Below are positions 19,314-29,524 of a stretch of DNA of 64,000 bases, in pieces. The notes beneath the pieces were generated by a model, which saw only the letters and a list, made by a program, of their open reading frames with translations, searched no databases and had not been told where the DNA came from. Source of the DNA: Prasinococcaceae sp. CCMP 1430 (taxonomy: Eukaryota; Plantae; Prasinodermophyta); the NCBI GenBank assembly GCA_013416795.1, contig RQSC01000026.1, positions 740,335 to 804,334 on the forward strand. Reading direction: 5' to 3'. The number at the start of each line of letters is the position of its first letter. The stretch's first letter is position 1. Position numbers and translations under genes: made by a program.

Positions 19314-22300
19314 ATGTCAGACCGATCACCGACCCCGGGGTCGATGCGCACGCCGATGTCGTCGTCGACGGTCGAGGGCGCATCGGCAACTCTTGCCGAT
19401 GACGCCCAGACGGCCTACTCGACGTACTCCTCCTACATGCGCAGCAGACCTCTGCCGTCATCGGGCTTGCGCGGCTCTGGGACTGTGGGGAGCCACCGGA
19501 CGCGCGACTTTGGATCGGACGCGATGACCAAGCCTGCAGACTGGCGTGCCCCGCGCGACTCCAAGGCGCTGGCGCGAGCACTCGCGACGCCGCTTGGCAC
19601 GGGCAGCTCGCGCCATCCCGGTCTGCTGCGCTCGGCCGAGACGCCTGCGTCGGGCGCAGCGTCTGGCATTGACACGCTTTACTCGTCACATGTGGCAAGG
19701 GAGAGCGCGGCGTCGCTCAGCGCGGCCTTCGAGGGCAAGGCCGCACTTGAGGCCGCGCTCGCGGCCAAAGGGGCGGCGGAGCAGGCGCTGCGAGACGAGA
19801 ATGCCTTGCTTCGCGAGGCGCACCGCAAGGCTTGCGAGGATGCGCGTGTGGCGGCCGAGAAGGCGGCCGCGGCCACGCGCGAGGCGGAGACCACGGCCGC
19901 AGAAATTGCGAGGGCGAAGGCGGCAGTTTCCACCGCCGAGGCTGAGGCGCGAGAGCGTGCGGCACCACTCCAGATGCAGCTCCGCGAGGCCACTGAGATC
20001 AGCCGCGTGAACAAAGCGGCGTGCGAGGAGGCGCGGTCACGATGCGCTGAGGCCGAGACCGTCGTAGAGGACATCCGCCGGGCAATGACGGCTACTGAGG
20101 CCAGGTGTGTGTCGGAAGTCAAGGACGCCCGCCACGATGCCGACCTCGCGCGCGGCGAGAGCGACCGCTTGCGAGAGGAGGCGGAGCGCCTGCGGCGCGA
20201 GGTCGCCCTCTTGGACGAGAATGTTCACGACGCCATGACCAACGCGGCAGCGGCCGAATCTCGCGCCAAGGTTGCGGAGGAGGCCGCCATGCTAGTTCGT
20301 ACCGCGCGTTCGGATGAGGCGACCAGGCGCGCGGCCGCCGAAGACCGTGCGGCCGCGGCCGAGCAAACGGCGAAGTCGTTGGCCGCCGAGCGCGACGCCG
20401 TGGCAGAGGCGCTCCGCGCTGCGCAACGCGTCGCCGAGGAGAAAACTGGCGCGCTCGAACGGCTCAAGCGCGCGCTCGAGGAACAAACAGCCTCCACGAG
20501 GGAGGCTATCGCGGCGGAACGGGCCACAGCAGAGCGCTGCGCGCATGCAGAACGTCAGGCTGCCGCCGCCGTCGAGAATGGTGAGAGTCTTCGCCGCGTG
20601 CTGCAGGATCGTGGCGACTCTATGGAAGTTCTGGAGGCGGACCTGGCAGCGACCAAGGCAGATGCCGCGCGCCTTCGCCTTGCCGTCGAGGAGGCAACAT
20701 CGCGAACTGAAGAGGTCCGCGAGCGGATGGCAAATGCGGACGAGGAGCGTGGGCGCGCGCTGGCGGCCGCGCGGCAGGCGCAGGCTGAGACGACTCGATA
20801 TGAGAGCGAGCTCGAAGCGCTCAAAGATGAGCTGAAGGACTCGTACGCGGCGGCCAAGCGCGATCAGGAGCGCGCAGAACGTCATCGCACCGAGGCAGAG
20901 CAATTGATCGCCTCGCGAGATGGGGCACGCGAAGACCTCGCGGCTGCGAGCGAGGAGGCCAAGGCCAGGACTGCACGCATCCGGGAGCTCGAGCTCTCCA
21001 CGCAGTCGCTCCAGCGTGACCTGGACAGCTTGAAGGCCGCGGCAGAAGCTCAAGAAGGGCATGCGAATGCTCGCATTGCAGAAGCGAGCAGTGCTGTCGA
21101 AGCCACGCGCGCAGAGGCCGCCAGTGCAGAAGAACGGACCGCGCGTGCCACTTCAGAGTGCACGGCCGCGCACAAGCGCATCGCGGCACTCGAGTCTCGC
21201 GTGTCGAGCTTGCAGTCTGAGGGCAGGAAGAGCCAGAGCGCGGCTCGCGCTGCCAAGCGGCGCGTTGATGATGATCTGGCCGAGGCGCTGGCAGAATGCG
21301 AGGAGCTCAGGCAGCGCGCGGAGATTGCCTCAGCGCGCGCCCTGGACGCCGAGGGTGCGCGCGACAAGGCCATCGAGGCCGCTGAAACAGCGGCTGTCGC
21401 GCAGCAGCATGCCGAAAAGCTCGCTGCGCAGCGTGAGGAGGCGATGTCCAACATGCAGAGCACAGCCAGGCGTGCACGCGAGGAGGCCGAGCGCAGCAGG
21501 CGCGAGGCTACCGAGGCGCGCGAGGCCGAGGCAAGGGCTGAACGCGCGCGGGGCGAAGTGGACGCCGCGCGCGAGGAGGCGGAGCGGCTGGCCGAGGAGG
21601 CTCGCCAGGAGTGCCTCAAGGCCGAGTTCGACAAGGCGCAGCTAGAAGCCAAGGTCAAGCGCGTCGAGGCAAACGCTCAGGATCACACGACTGCCTTGGG
21701 CGCAGCGGAGGCAGATGCCGCGCAGGCGTGGGCGCTGGCCGAAAAACGTGAGCGCGAAGTAGCGAGTTTGCGTGCCGACCTCGACAGCGCTAAGCACGAG
21801 GTGTCCACCTCGCGTGCGGCAGCTGCCGCCGCGGCTGACGACGTCGCCAGACATCGCGCAGATGCCGAGTCGACGCGTGCAGTTAGCGCGAGGGAGAGTG
21901 AGCAGCGTGTCCTCGCCGAGCGGCGGGCCGAGGAGGCTGACAGCTCGGCCGCAGCCACAAACGTGCAGCTCAGCAAGCTCGAGTCCGACATCGCGCGCAT
22001 GCGCAACGAGGTTGCTGAGTCTGCTGAGGCTACGCGGCACGCACGTAGGCATGCGGCTGACAGGGATGCCAGGATGATTGCCATGGAGGCCGCCATCGCC
22101 GAGCGTGACGCTGCCACCGCTGAGCTCGGGCGTATTCTCGATGACAAGTCCCAAAGACTCGCGACGTTGGAGAACTCGCTCGAGGCGCAGCGCGCGCTGT
22201 CTGAGAAAGCCACTGCGCGCATTCAAACGTTGGAGGGCGACCTCGCGCATGAGAGGGAGGGTGTGCGTACGAGCGACGCGCGCGCGTCAAAGCTCGCGGA

Positions 22301-24284
22301 GGAGAAAGACGGCGCCGTGGCAGACGCAACTGCCGCACGCAGCACGCTGGCAGCGCGCGACACAGCGATTGCAGCTGCGCGCGCAGAGGCCGACACGCTA
22401 CGCAAGGAGAGGGACTCGTTGCGTGCCGAGTTGCGATTTCGAAAGTCCGCAGCAGAGGAGCTGGCAAACGAGCGCGGCGAGCGTGCTGCCGAGGCGGACG
22501 AGGCGTTGCGCGATGCTCGCGCAGCAACGCAAGCGCTCGCGCGTGCCAAGGCACAGGTCGAGACAGCCAAGGCCGAGGCTGCGCGCGCATCTGGCGAAGC
22601 CGCAGCTGCGCGTGAGAAGGCCGACGCGGCTCTTGCCCGCGCTGCCGAGGAGCACGCGCGTGCCACCGAAGCGCGCGACGCTCTCCGCAGGCTCGGCTCG
22701 GACGCGCGGAGGCTCGGTGCCGCTACCGCAGCGGCCGATGAGGCGGCCAAATCCGCGCGCGCGCGGGCCGAGGCGGCTGAGAAGGAGCTTGCAGCGCTGC
22801 GCAACGCCGCCGGGGAGCGTAGCGCGCACGATCGCTGGAACGGGCCGCTGATGCGGGGCGTGGCCGATGCCGCAGTGGCGGAGAGTGGCACAGCTGGCTC
22901 AGACGACTTGACCGCAGCGCTCACGGCAGCACGCGCGGTCTGCGACGCGCTCGCAGACAGCCTCGGTGACTGTCGAGTATGCTATGCAAGATCTGAGTAC
23001 AACCCGGCGAGGGATGCCATTGAGCTCCGCCTGATGCACGTATCGGAGAATGGCCACGCCTTGGCTGCTGCCAGTGAGGCAGGGCAGGCTTGGGCCTCGG
23101 CCGAGGCACTGCCGCTCGTGGCGACCGAAAGCCCCAACAGCTGTGCGGTGGATGGAGCCATGGGAGCCGGTGTCAGATCCTTCCTGCCTCATAGCTGCGC
23201 GGCATATCGCTGCATCCAGCGCGCTGAGGCCGAGGCTGGCGACGAGTGTCTGTTCCCCTCGTCAGTGTACCTGCGGGACGCGCTCGCGGCCGCTCTTCCC
23301 AAGTGTCTGACGTACGAGCGCGACCCGGAGATGCCCAGTGGCACCTTTATGGCTGTCGCTAGTGGGCAGTCGAGAAGCGGATGCCTACTGGTTGTGACCT
23401 CGCCGACGCGCCCTAACGGCGCGTTGACGGTGCCGGAAGTCGCCGCAACCCACGAAGCCGCAGCGGCAGCAGCAGCGGCGTACGATAAAGTGTCGGAGCG
23501 TTCGCTGGCGGTTGTCGCGCGCGGCGTGGCGCTGGCGACGTCTGCATTTGCCTCCGCCGAGGAGGCCAAGGCGGCGGATCCCAGCGGTCACCGCGCACAC
23601 CGACAGGCCGTGCAGGCGGCGTCGCAGATGCGCGGCGTGGAGGCGCAGCGCGGCGACTTGCAGGCGATTTTGCACTCGACGGATGGTCTGTGCGCGCTTG
23701 CGGAGCTCGGCGCGATGGTGCGCGTGCCGCCGGCGGTGGTACTGGTCGTGTGGGCAACGCTGGCCCTCTGCGATGGCGTCGAGACGCTCCCAGCCCTCGG
23801 GAGCGGCTCTGCCGGCATCGACGACGGGGCTCCGCGCACGCCCATGCGCGGACTGGGCGGGTTGTGGGAGTCGCTGCGCACCCGCTTGGGAGTCGCCACG
23901 GCCTCCCATGCAGCCGTGTCGCTGGCGGAGCGCATGGCGGCGTTCGCGATTGATCCCGCCGATGACCACTCGGCCGCGTACTCGGCGTTTGCAGCCGCGC
24001 GTGGGGAGCTGGGCCCTGCGGACGCTGGCAAGGCCGGGCGCGCGGTGGCGGCGCTCTACGCGTGGACGTGCGGCTCGCTGGCCCAATGGCAGCTCGCAGG
24101 CCTGTCCGAGTTCAGCGCAGCGGCGCTCGAAGGCGCGGGCTCGTCGACCAAGACGGCGCGCTCAGCTTCGTCTGAGCGCGCGAGCGTTGAAGGAGTCTTC
24201 GGGTCCACCGCCGAGCTCAGCGCAGAGGGGGTGCGATCGCTGGAGCAAGAGTTCGGTGAGGCGTCAAAACTCACCGTTGACTGA
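19314..24284 (+). CDS. Giant coiled-coil protein with C-terminal GAF-like and dynein-MTBD-like domains
   Basis: Single ORF with about 1150 aa of heptad-rich helix. It is followed by a globular segment (TFMAV...GCLLVVTS...LTVPEV) and then ALAELGAMVRVPPAVVLVV...LWESLRTRL...KAGRAVAALYAW. The first plausible ATG is at 19314. Confidence 0.8.
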   Translation: MSDRSPTPGSMRTPMSSSTVEGASATLADDAQTAYSTYSSYMRSRPLPSSGLRGSGTVGSHRTRDFGSDAMTKPADWRAPRDSKALARALATPLGTGSSRHPGLLRSAETPASGAASGIDTLYSSHVARESAASLSAAFEGKAALEAALAAKGAAEQALRDENALLREAHRKACEDARVAAEKAAAATREAETTAAEIARAKAAVSTAEAEARERAAPLQMQLREATEISRVNKAACEEARSRCAEAETVVEDIRRAMTATEARCVSEVKDARHDADLARGESDRLREEAERLRREVALLDENVHDAMTNAAAAESRAKVAEEAAMLVRTARSDEATRRAAAEDRAAAAEQTAKSLAAERDAVAEALRAAQRVAEEKTGALERLKRALEEQTASTREAIAAERATAERCAHAERQAAAAVENGESLRRVLQDRGDSMEVLEADLAATKADAARLRLAVEEATSRTEEVRERMANADEERGRALAAARQAQAETTRYESELEALKDELKDSYAAAKRDQERAERHRTEAEQLIASRDGAREDLAAASEEAKARTARIRELELSTQSLQRDLDSLKAAAEAQEGHANARIAEASSAVEATRAEAASAEERTARATSECTAAHKRIAALESRVSSLQSEGRKSQSAARAAKRRVDDDLAEALAECEELRQRAEIASARALDAEGARDKAIEAAETAAVAQQHAEKLAAQREEAMSNMQSTARRAREEAERSRREATEAREAEARAERARGEVDAAREEAERLAEEARQECLKAEFDKAQLEAKVKRVEANAQDHTTALGAAEADAAQAWALAEKREREVASLRADLDSAKHEVSTSRAAAAAAADDVARHRADAESTRAVSARESEQRVLAERRAEEADSSAAATNVQLSKLESDIARMRNEVAESAEATRHARRHAADRDARMIAMEAAIAERDAATAELGRILDDKSQRLATLENSLEAQRALSEKATARIQTLEGDLAHEREGVRTSDARASKLAEEKDGAVADATAARSTLAARDTAIAAARAEADTLRKERDSLRAELRFRKSAAEELANERGERAAEADEALRDARAATQALARAKAQVETAKAEAARASGEAAAAREKADAALARAAEEHARATEARDALRRLGSDARRLGAATAAADEAAKSARARAEAAEKELAALRNAAGERSAHDRWNGPLMRGVADAAVAESGTAGSDDLTAALTAARAVCDALADSLGDCRVCYARSEYNPARDAIELRLMHVSENGHALAAASEAGQAWASAEALPLVATESPNSCAVDGAMGAGVRSFLPHSCAAYRCIQRAEAEAGDECLFPSSVYLRDALAAALPKCLTYERDPEMPSGTFMAVASGQSRSGCLLVVTSPTRPNGALTVPEVAATHEAAAAAAAAYDKVSERSLAVVARGVALATSAFASAEEAKAADPSGHRAHRQAVQAASQMRGVEAQRGDLQAILHSTDGLCALAELGAMVRVPPAVVLVVWATLALCDGVETLPALGSGSAGIDDGAPRTPMRGLGGLWESLRTRLGVATASHAAVSLAERMAAFAIDPADDHSAAYSAFAAARGELGPADAGKAGRAVAALYAWTCGSLAQWQLAGLSEFSAAALEGAGSSTKTARSASSERASVEGVFGSTAELSAEGVRSLEQEFGEASKLTVD

Positions 24285-24584
24285 GTGGGTGCTCGCAGTC
24301 GCAGGGGCCCGCAGGATGAGCTCCCCCTCGCGAGCTAGCTAACCAGCCGCACTCTTCAGTGCGGGGCCAGGCACGCGCGCAGCAATAAAACTAATGATTC
24401 CCCATCCGTGGCACGTCCGAGTATCGATCAAGTGCTGTTAGTGCGTTCTTTATGGTACTTGTAGCGAACGGGCAGCGCGGTTGCTGCAAGCCCGTCCCAC
24501 CGCTTTGCAAGGGTGCCGGTGAGGCACTCTTTTGAAAGCTTGGATCGCGCCCTCGAGCGCGCGGGCGCGCATCAAGCGGGGAGC

Positions 24585-25643
24585 TCAGAATTGACCCGTA
24601 GCATTGTACACCTCGGCCATGTACTTTTTGAACGAGACCTCGTCATCGGCCTCCTGCTGGATGCCCTCCTGGACGGCACACGTGGCCTCGGCGCCGGCGG
24701 CCTCCTCGAATTCCTCCCTCCCGCCATCCACGCTCTCCACCACCGGGATGTCCAGCGTGCCACCGACGTTGCGCGGTACGGGCGCCCGCTCCTTCAGGTC
24801 AGCGATGATGGCCGCGGGGACCAGGACGTAGTCCACGCCGCAACACTCGACGGCCTTGGCCGCCGAGCGCACCGAGGCGGCGACGACCTTGGTCTTTTGG
24901 CCTGCCACCTCCGCCAGCGCGTACGCCTGCGCCACGAGCTCCGGACCTGCGCCGTCTCCGCCGATCGTGTCGGCGGTGCCGACCTGCACGGTGACACTCG
25001 AGCAGCCCGCATCGATGGCAGCCGCTGCGTGCACGCCGGTCGCTGCGGAAACGTCACACTGCGCGGTGCCCGCGGCCTCGAGCCGCCGTGCCGCCTCGAT
25101 TGCGTCGTAGGTGGCGGGCATGCGGAAGAGCACCTTGCTCTTCGCGTCGGCCACCCCCCCTTGGTCGATGAGGCGCAGCATATGCTCGCAGTAGCGCACG
25201 AGCGCATCCGCGTCGTGGGCGTGGCACGTGCGCGTGGCGAGCACCACACGGCCGGCCACCTTGGGGGCGAGCTCTATCGCCTGGTTGGCCATCGCGTTGT
25301 CAAGCACGCAGTCCCACAAGCCGTAGCCCGGCTCAGCGAGGCACGTGTCCCACTGACCCTTGTTCAGCTGTGAGTACACGGTTTCTGCGGCGGACTTGCC
25401 GTTCCCTTGATCCGTCAGCTGCTTAAGTAGGTTCGATGAGCAGACGAACCCGGCGTCAAGCGAGCCCTGCGACGAGGCGTCCACAGCCTCGCCGTACGCG
25501 TTGATGGACTCGAGCGCCGTGTCGCCGACGGGCTGCGTCGCGAGCGATGCGAGCGCCGCCGAGTTGCTCCGGCGCCGCACCGCGCCGCGCTGGGCGCCGC
25601 GCGCGCCACCACGGCGCGTGTGTGCCGTCCTTGTGGGCGATGC
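24585..25643 (-). CDS. Transaldolase-fold protein, probably catalytically dead, with a transit-peptide-like N-terminus (first exon unresolved)
   Basis: GRVV, VLFRMPATYDAIEAARRLEAAG, AAAIDAGCS, TKVVAASVR, CGVDYVLVP and EGIQQ follow the transaldolase motif order. An acceptor CAG lies at 25644-25646. Confidence 0.8.
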   Translation of the reverse strand, partial: ASPTRTAHTRRGGARGAQRGAVRRRSNSAALASLATQPVGDTALESINAYGEAVDASSQGSLDAGFVCSSNLLKQLTDQGNGKSAAETVYSQLNKGQWDTCLAEPGYGLWDCVLDNAMANQAIELAPKVAGRVVLATRTCHAHDADALVRYCEHMLRLIDQGGVADAKSKVLFRMPATYDAIEAARRLEAAGTAQCDVSAATGVHAAAAIDAGCSSVTVQVGTADTIGGDGAGPELVAQAYALAEVAGQKTKVVAASVRSAAKAVECCGVDYVLVPAAIIADLKERAPVPRNVGGTLDIPVVESVDGGREEFEEAAGAEATCAVQEGIQQEADDEVSFKKYMAEVYNATGQF

Positions 25644-26466
25644 CTGCCGCGCCGCGCACCCCACTCCGATCCCATCCCCCCTCTGCCCGCACTCGTGCAC
25701 CCACACCCACGGTGACTGGGTGCCAGCGACGGCGCCCGAATCCACGTCAGCACCCCTCGCGCCAAAAAAAAAAAAAATCCCTGGCACCCGACCCACCCAA
25801 TGGAATCGAGCATCTCGCACGGCGACTTTTGGACCCTGATTTATTTTTGTCCCTTTCGAAAATGTCGAAAAAGGATCCAAATAAAAAACGCGTGCAAAAC
25901 CCAAAATCGAGCGAACGCAGGTTCGGGTTGAGAACCGTCGAGACGACGAACGACGAGGCGGGCCGGCACCGTGTCGCTCCCAAATCGGATCAAATACTTG
26001 GTCGATCGCTTCGCTCATCCGCCCATCGCCGCCCGGACGTCTCCCCGAACACGGATTTAAATCCGGTGTCCAGCCCCTCCATTTTCATTTTCCTTTTCCA
26101 TTTCCGTCATCCCCACCAAAAAAAGCCGTTGGCGACGCGCGCGTGCGTTTTGATGGGAGCTCGTGCGCTCGTCGCGACGCTCCGCCGTCGCGCATTTCGC
26201 GCGCGCGCGCGCGGGGTGCGGGCGGACCTGCGGAAACGCGGAGCGGAGTGGACGAAATGCGGAGCGGCGGAAAGTCGCGCGCGCGAACGGCCGCGCGGCA
26301 GCGCGTGGCCGGTGGGTGGCGTGGGGGGTGGCGCAGGGGACTGGCTTAGGAACTGGAATGCTGGACGGCGATGATGGCATGACGGCGGTGTCTCAGCGGG
26401 CGCCAAGCCGGACGCTCAGGGGGGCGCTGAGCAGCCGCCCCCGCGGCGGCCACCGAGGTGTCGCCG

Positions 26467-29223
26467 ATGTGCTCCGAGGAGGAGATAGTGCCGCGCAACC
26501 TGGAGATGAGCTTCTCGGTGGCAGACGAGGAGGGAGAGCCGCGAGCCGCCGCGGGCGCGGCGGCGACGGGGGCGACGGTCGACGACTCGGCGCTGGGGCT
26601 GGCGCTGCCGTCCGCCGCATCGGTGGTCGTGCGCGTCAAGCCGGCGGCGCCCGAGGCCGCCGAGGAGTGCATCCGCGCCGTGAGCGCGACGCAAGTGGAG
26701 TGCATTGCGCCTGCGGGGAGCGCCAGCTTCAAGGCGGGCGAGCGCTCGGCTGAGTACCGCTTCTCGCGCACGTACGGCCCGGCGACCGGACAGCGCGAAT
26801 TCTACGATGCGGTCGCAGCGCCTATGGTGCGATCGCTGGTCGAGCGCGGCGAGTCGGGCGTGCTGATGGCGTACGGCATCACGGGGAGCGGCAAGACCCA
26901 CACCACGGTCGGCACCAAGCAAGCGCCGGGCCTCGTGCCCAGTGCGCTCATGCAGGTGTTCGAGTCGCTGCCGCGTGGCTGCTGCGTGGCATTGTCGCTC
27001 TACGAAATCTACAACGAGCGCATCGGCGACCTGCTGGCGCCCGGCGCCGACGGCCCCAGCACGACGCGGCCCGGCTCGGCGAGGCTGCGCCTCTGCGAGC
27101 GCGCGGACGGTCGCGTCGTGCCGCGTGGCATTACCGAGCTGCGCTTCGAGCGCGAGGCGGACGCGACGGCCGCGGTGCGGCGCGCCTTGGCCGCTCGCGC
27201 GGCAGGGCGCACCGCTCTCAACAAGGAGTCATCGCGCTCGCACGCGGTGTTTACAATCACCGTCGTGTCGGCGGAAGCGGCGCGCGCCGCCAAAGGCCCC
27301 GAGCAGAGCGCACCCGCAGCACGCCTGCCGCGCCTCGCCTTCGTCGACCTCGCGGGCAGCGAGCGCGCTCACCGCACAGGCGCCTCTGGCGCGCGCCTGC
27401 TGGAGTCGTCCGCCATCAATGCTAGCCTGATGACGCTCGGTCGCTGCTTTGAGGCGCTGCGGCACAACCAGGCGCGTCCGCGCAGCGAGCGCCGCCTCGT
27501 GCCCTACCGCGAGTCCAAGGTGACCCATCTCTTCCGTGACGCTTTCCACGGCCAGGGTGCGCTGGCGCTGCTGGTGTGCGTATCGCCCGATGCGGCGGAC
27601 TACGACGAGACTCAGCACGTGCTGCGCTACGCGGCGGTGGCCGCCAAGATCAAAACCATGGCCGAGATCGGCGTGGCCCCCAAGGCTGGCACGCTCCTGG
27701 ACGAGGTCATCGAAGAGGCCGAGGAGGAGGCCGAGGTCGAGGCATCCGAGGAGGATCCGATGGAAACCGCTCCGACGCCCGCGAACAAGCGCAAGCGCGA
27801 GGTTCTCGAAGAGGATGCCATTCAGGAGGAGGGCGACGACGAGGCCAACTTCGGCGGCGAGCTCGATCCGCAGGTTGACGTGGTCAACCTGAGGTCCGAG
27901 GTGGATGCGCTCAGGCAGCGCTTGTATGAGGCGGAGGCCGCTGCTGCTCGCATCGAGAGCGAGGTACGCGAGGAGGTCAGCGCGGAAATGGCTGAGCTCA
28001 TTAAGGCGATGGAGGAGAACTATGCCGCCAAGGGCGCCAAGGTCAAGGCCGCCGTGCGGAAGGGGCGTTCGACCAACGCTTTCGAGAGGCGCCTCAACGG
28101 GCTCAACGAGGACGAGGAGGATGCCGAGGACGAAGCTGACGATGTTGAAGAGGCGGACGAAAGCGACGATGGCATCGAGATTGTGGATGGATCGGACGAG
28201 GAGGAGGAGGGAGATGTCCGCGCTGCGCAGGGCAGCACTCGCAAGCGGTCGACGCGGCGGGCGCGCCCCTCGTCGCAGGCCGCCGCGGCGCTGCTGGCTG
28301 AGACGGTGCGCGCGCGCGCGGTCGCCGCAGAGCAGGAGGCCGCCAACCTGCGCGAGGAGAAGGCGCTGGCCGAGCGCCGCGCGGCCGAGCACAGGGCGGC
28401 GGCCGAGGCGGCCGAGGCCGAGGCTGCAAAGCTTGCTAAGACCGCAGCCGAGGCGCGTGAAGCAATGCAGAGGGCGCTGGAGGAGGAGCGTACACAGATG
28501 GAGGCCAACGCCGCCATGGAGCGCGAGGTGCTGGAGGAGCAGCTGCGGCGACAGAAGGAGGAGTATGACGCCCTCCTGTGCAAACTGAACACCGCGGCCG
28601 GGCGAGCGAGCAGGGCGGCGGAGGGAAGGCGCAAGTCGATGGCCGTCTTCAGAGCCGTAGTCGAAGGCGCAGAATGCACAGACGACGCGCTGCCCACCAT
28701 CGCCGAGCCCAAGGCCATCGAGGCGGAGGCGGCCATACTGACGGAGGAGCCAGCCGCGATGGAGCCAGCCGCGATGGAGCCAGCAGAGGCTGAGCTCGCC
28801 GCCGAGGAGGCCCCGCAAGGAGGCGACGAGGCCATGGAAGGCCCCTCCACTACCGCGGAGGTTCCTGCGGAGACGAAGCCAGCGGCCGTGAGCCCCGAGA
28901 TCATCGATCTGACAGCGCCCACGCCGGCGCCGGCGCCAGCGCAGCGCCGCGGGGGCATGCGGAAGGGCGCCGCGCGCAAGGGTGGCTCAAAGAAAGCCAA
29001 GAAGGCCGCAGCTGGAAAGGAGAACGCCAGCGTCAACGCCGCCAAGGCCGCGGCGCTCGCGGCGGTCGAATGCGCGGCAGTCGCAGCGGCAGCGGCCACC
29101 CCTGGTGCTGCGCTGCCCGAGGTGGCGCCAGAACCCAAGCGAAGGAGGAAAGCGAGCGCGCCGGCCGACGCGCCTGCGCGCCGGATCACGCGTGCCGCGG
29201 CGCGCAGCGCTGCTGTTGCGTGA
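26467..29223 (+). CDS. Kinesin motor, kinesin-6 (MKLP/KIF20/KIF23)-like
   Basis: P-loop GITGSGKT, switch I NKESSRSH and switch II DLAGSER. LGRCFEALRHNQ and VPYRESKVTHLFRDAFHGQG are kinesin-6-like. A coiled-coil stalk and an acidic/basic tail follow. Confidence 0.9.
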   Translation: MCSEEEIVPRNLEMSFSVADEEGEPRAAAGAAATGATVDDSALGLALPSAASVVVRVKPAAPEAAEECIRAVSATQVECIAPAGSASFKAGERSAEYRFSRTYGPATGQREFYDAVAAPMVRSLVERGESGVLMAYGITGSGKTHTTVGTKQAPGLVPSALMQVFESLPRGCCVALSLYEIYNERIGDLLAPGADGPSTTRPGSARLRLCERADGRVVPRGITELRFEREADATAAVRRALAARAAGRTALNKESSRSHAVFTITVVSAEAARAAKGPEQSAPAARLPRLAFVDLAGSERAHRTGASGARLLESSAINASLMTLGRCFEALRHNQARPRSERRLVPYRESKVTHLFRDAFHGQGALALLVCVSPDAADYDETQHVLRYAAVAAKIKTMAEIGVAPKAGTLLDEVIEEAEEEAEVEASEEDPMETAPTPANKRKREVLEEDAIQEEGDDEANFGGELDPQVDVVNLRSEVDALRQRLYEAEAAAARIESEVREEVSAEMAELIKAMEENYAAKGAKVKAAVRKGRSTNAFERRLNGLNEDEEDAEDEADDVEEADESDDGIEIVDGSDEEEEGDVRAAQGSTRKRSTRRARPSSQAAAALLAETVRARAVAAEQEAANLREEKALAERRAAEHRAAAEAAEAEAAKLAKTAAEAREAMQRALEEERTQMEANAAMEREVLEEQLRRQKEEYDALLCKLNTAAGRASRAAEGRRKSMAVFRAVVEGAECTDDALPTIAEPKAIEAEAAILTEEPAAMEPAAMEPAEAELAAEEAPQGGDEAMEGPSTTAEVPAETKPAAVSPEIIDLTAPTPAPAPAQRRGGMRKGAARKGGSKKAKKAAAGKENASVNAAKAAALAAVECAAVAAAAATPGAALPEVAPEPKRRRKASAPADAPARRITRAAARSAAVA

Positions 29224-29524
29224 GCACCTGCCAGCAGGCGCGTACGGGCGCGCGTCCTGATGCGCGCGCATAAGAGGGGGGGAGTGGGACGTAGGGAGGA
29301 GTGCTCGACGCTGCGTGCTCCGTGCGCGGGGCTCGCGCCGGTGTGTGTGTAAGTACAGCGATTCGGTGCCTTCGTAATTGACGCGCAGGTTTCGGAATAG
29401 GTGGCCCCCGGCAGGAGTTGTCACCAGGCGGCAGCGCGCCTTGGCCGCTGCGGCCGCGCGTGGGGCGCTCGGGGGGTGGGAGACGGGATCGTTCGCGTCC
29501 GTGAGCGTGCGCTGTGTATGAAAA

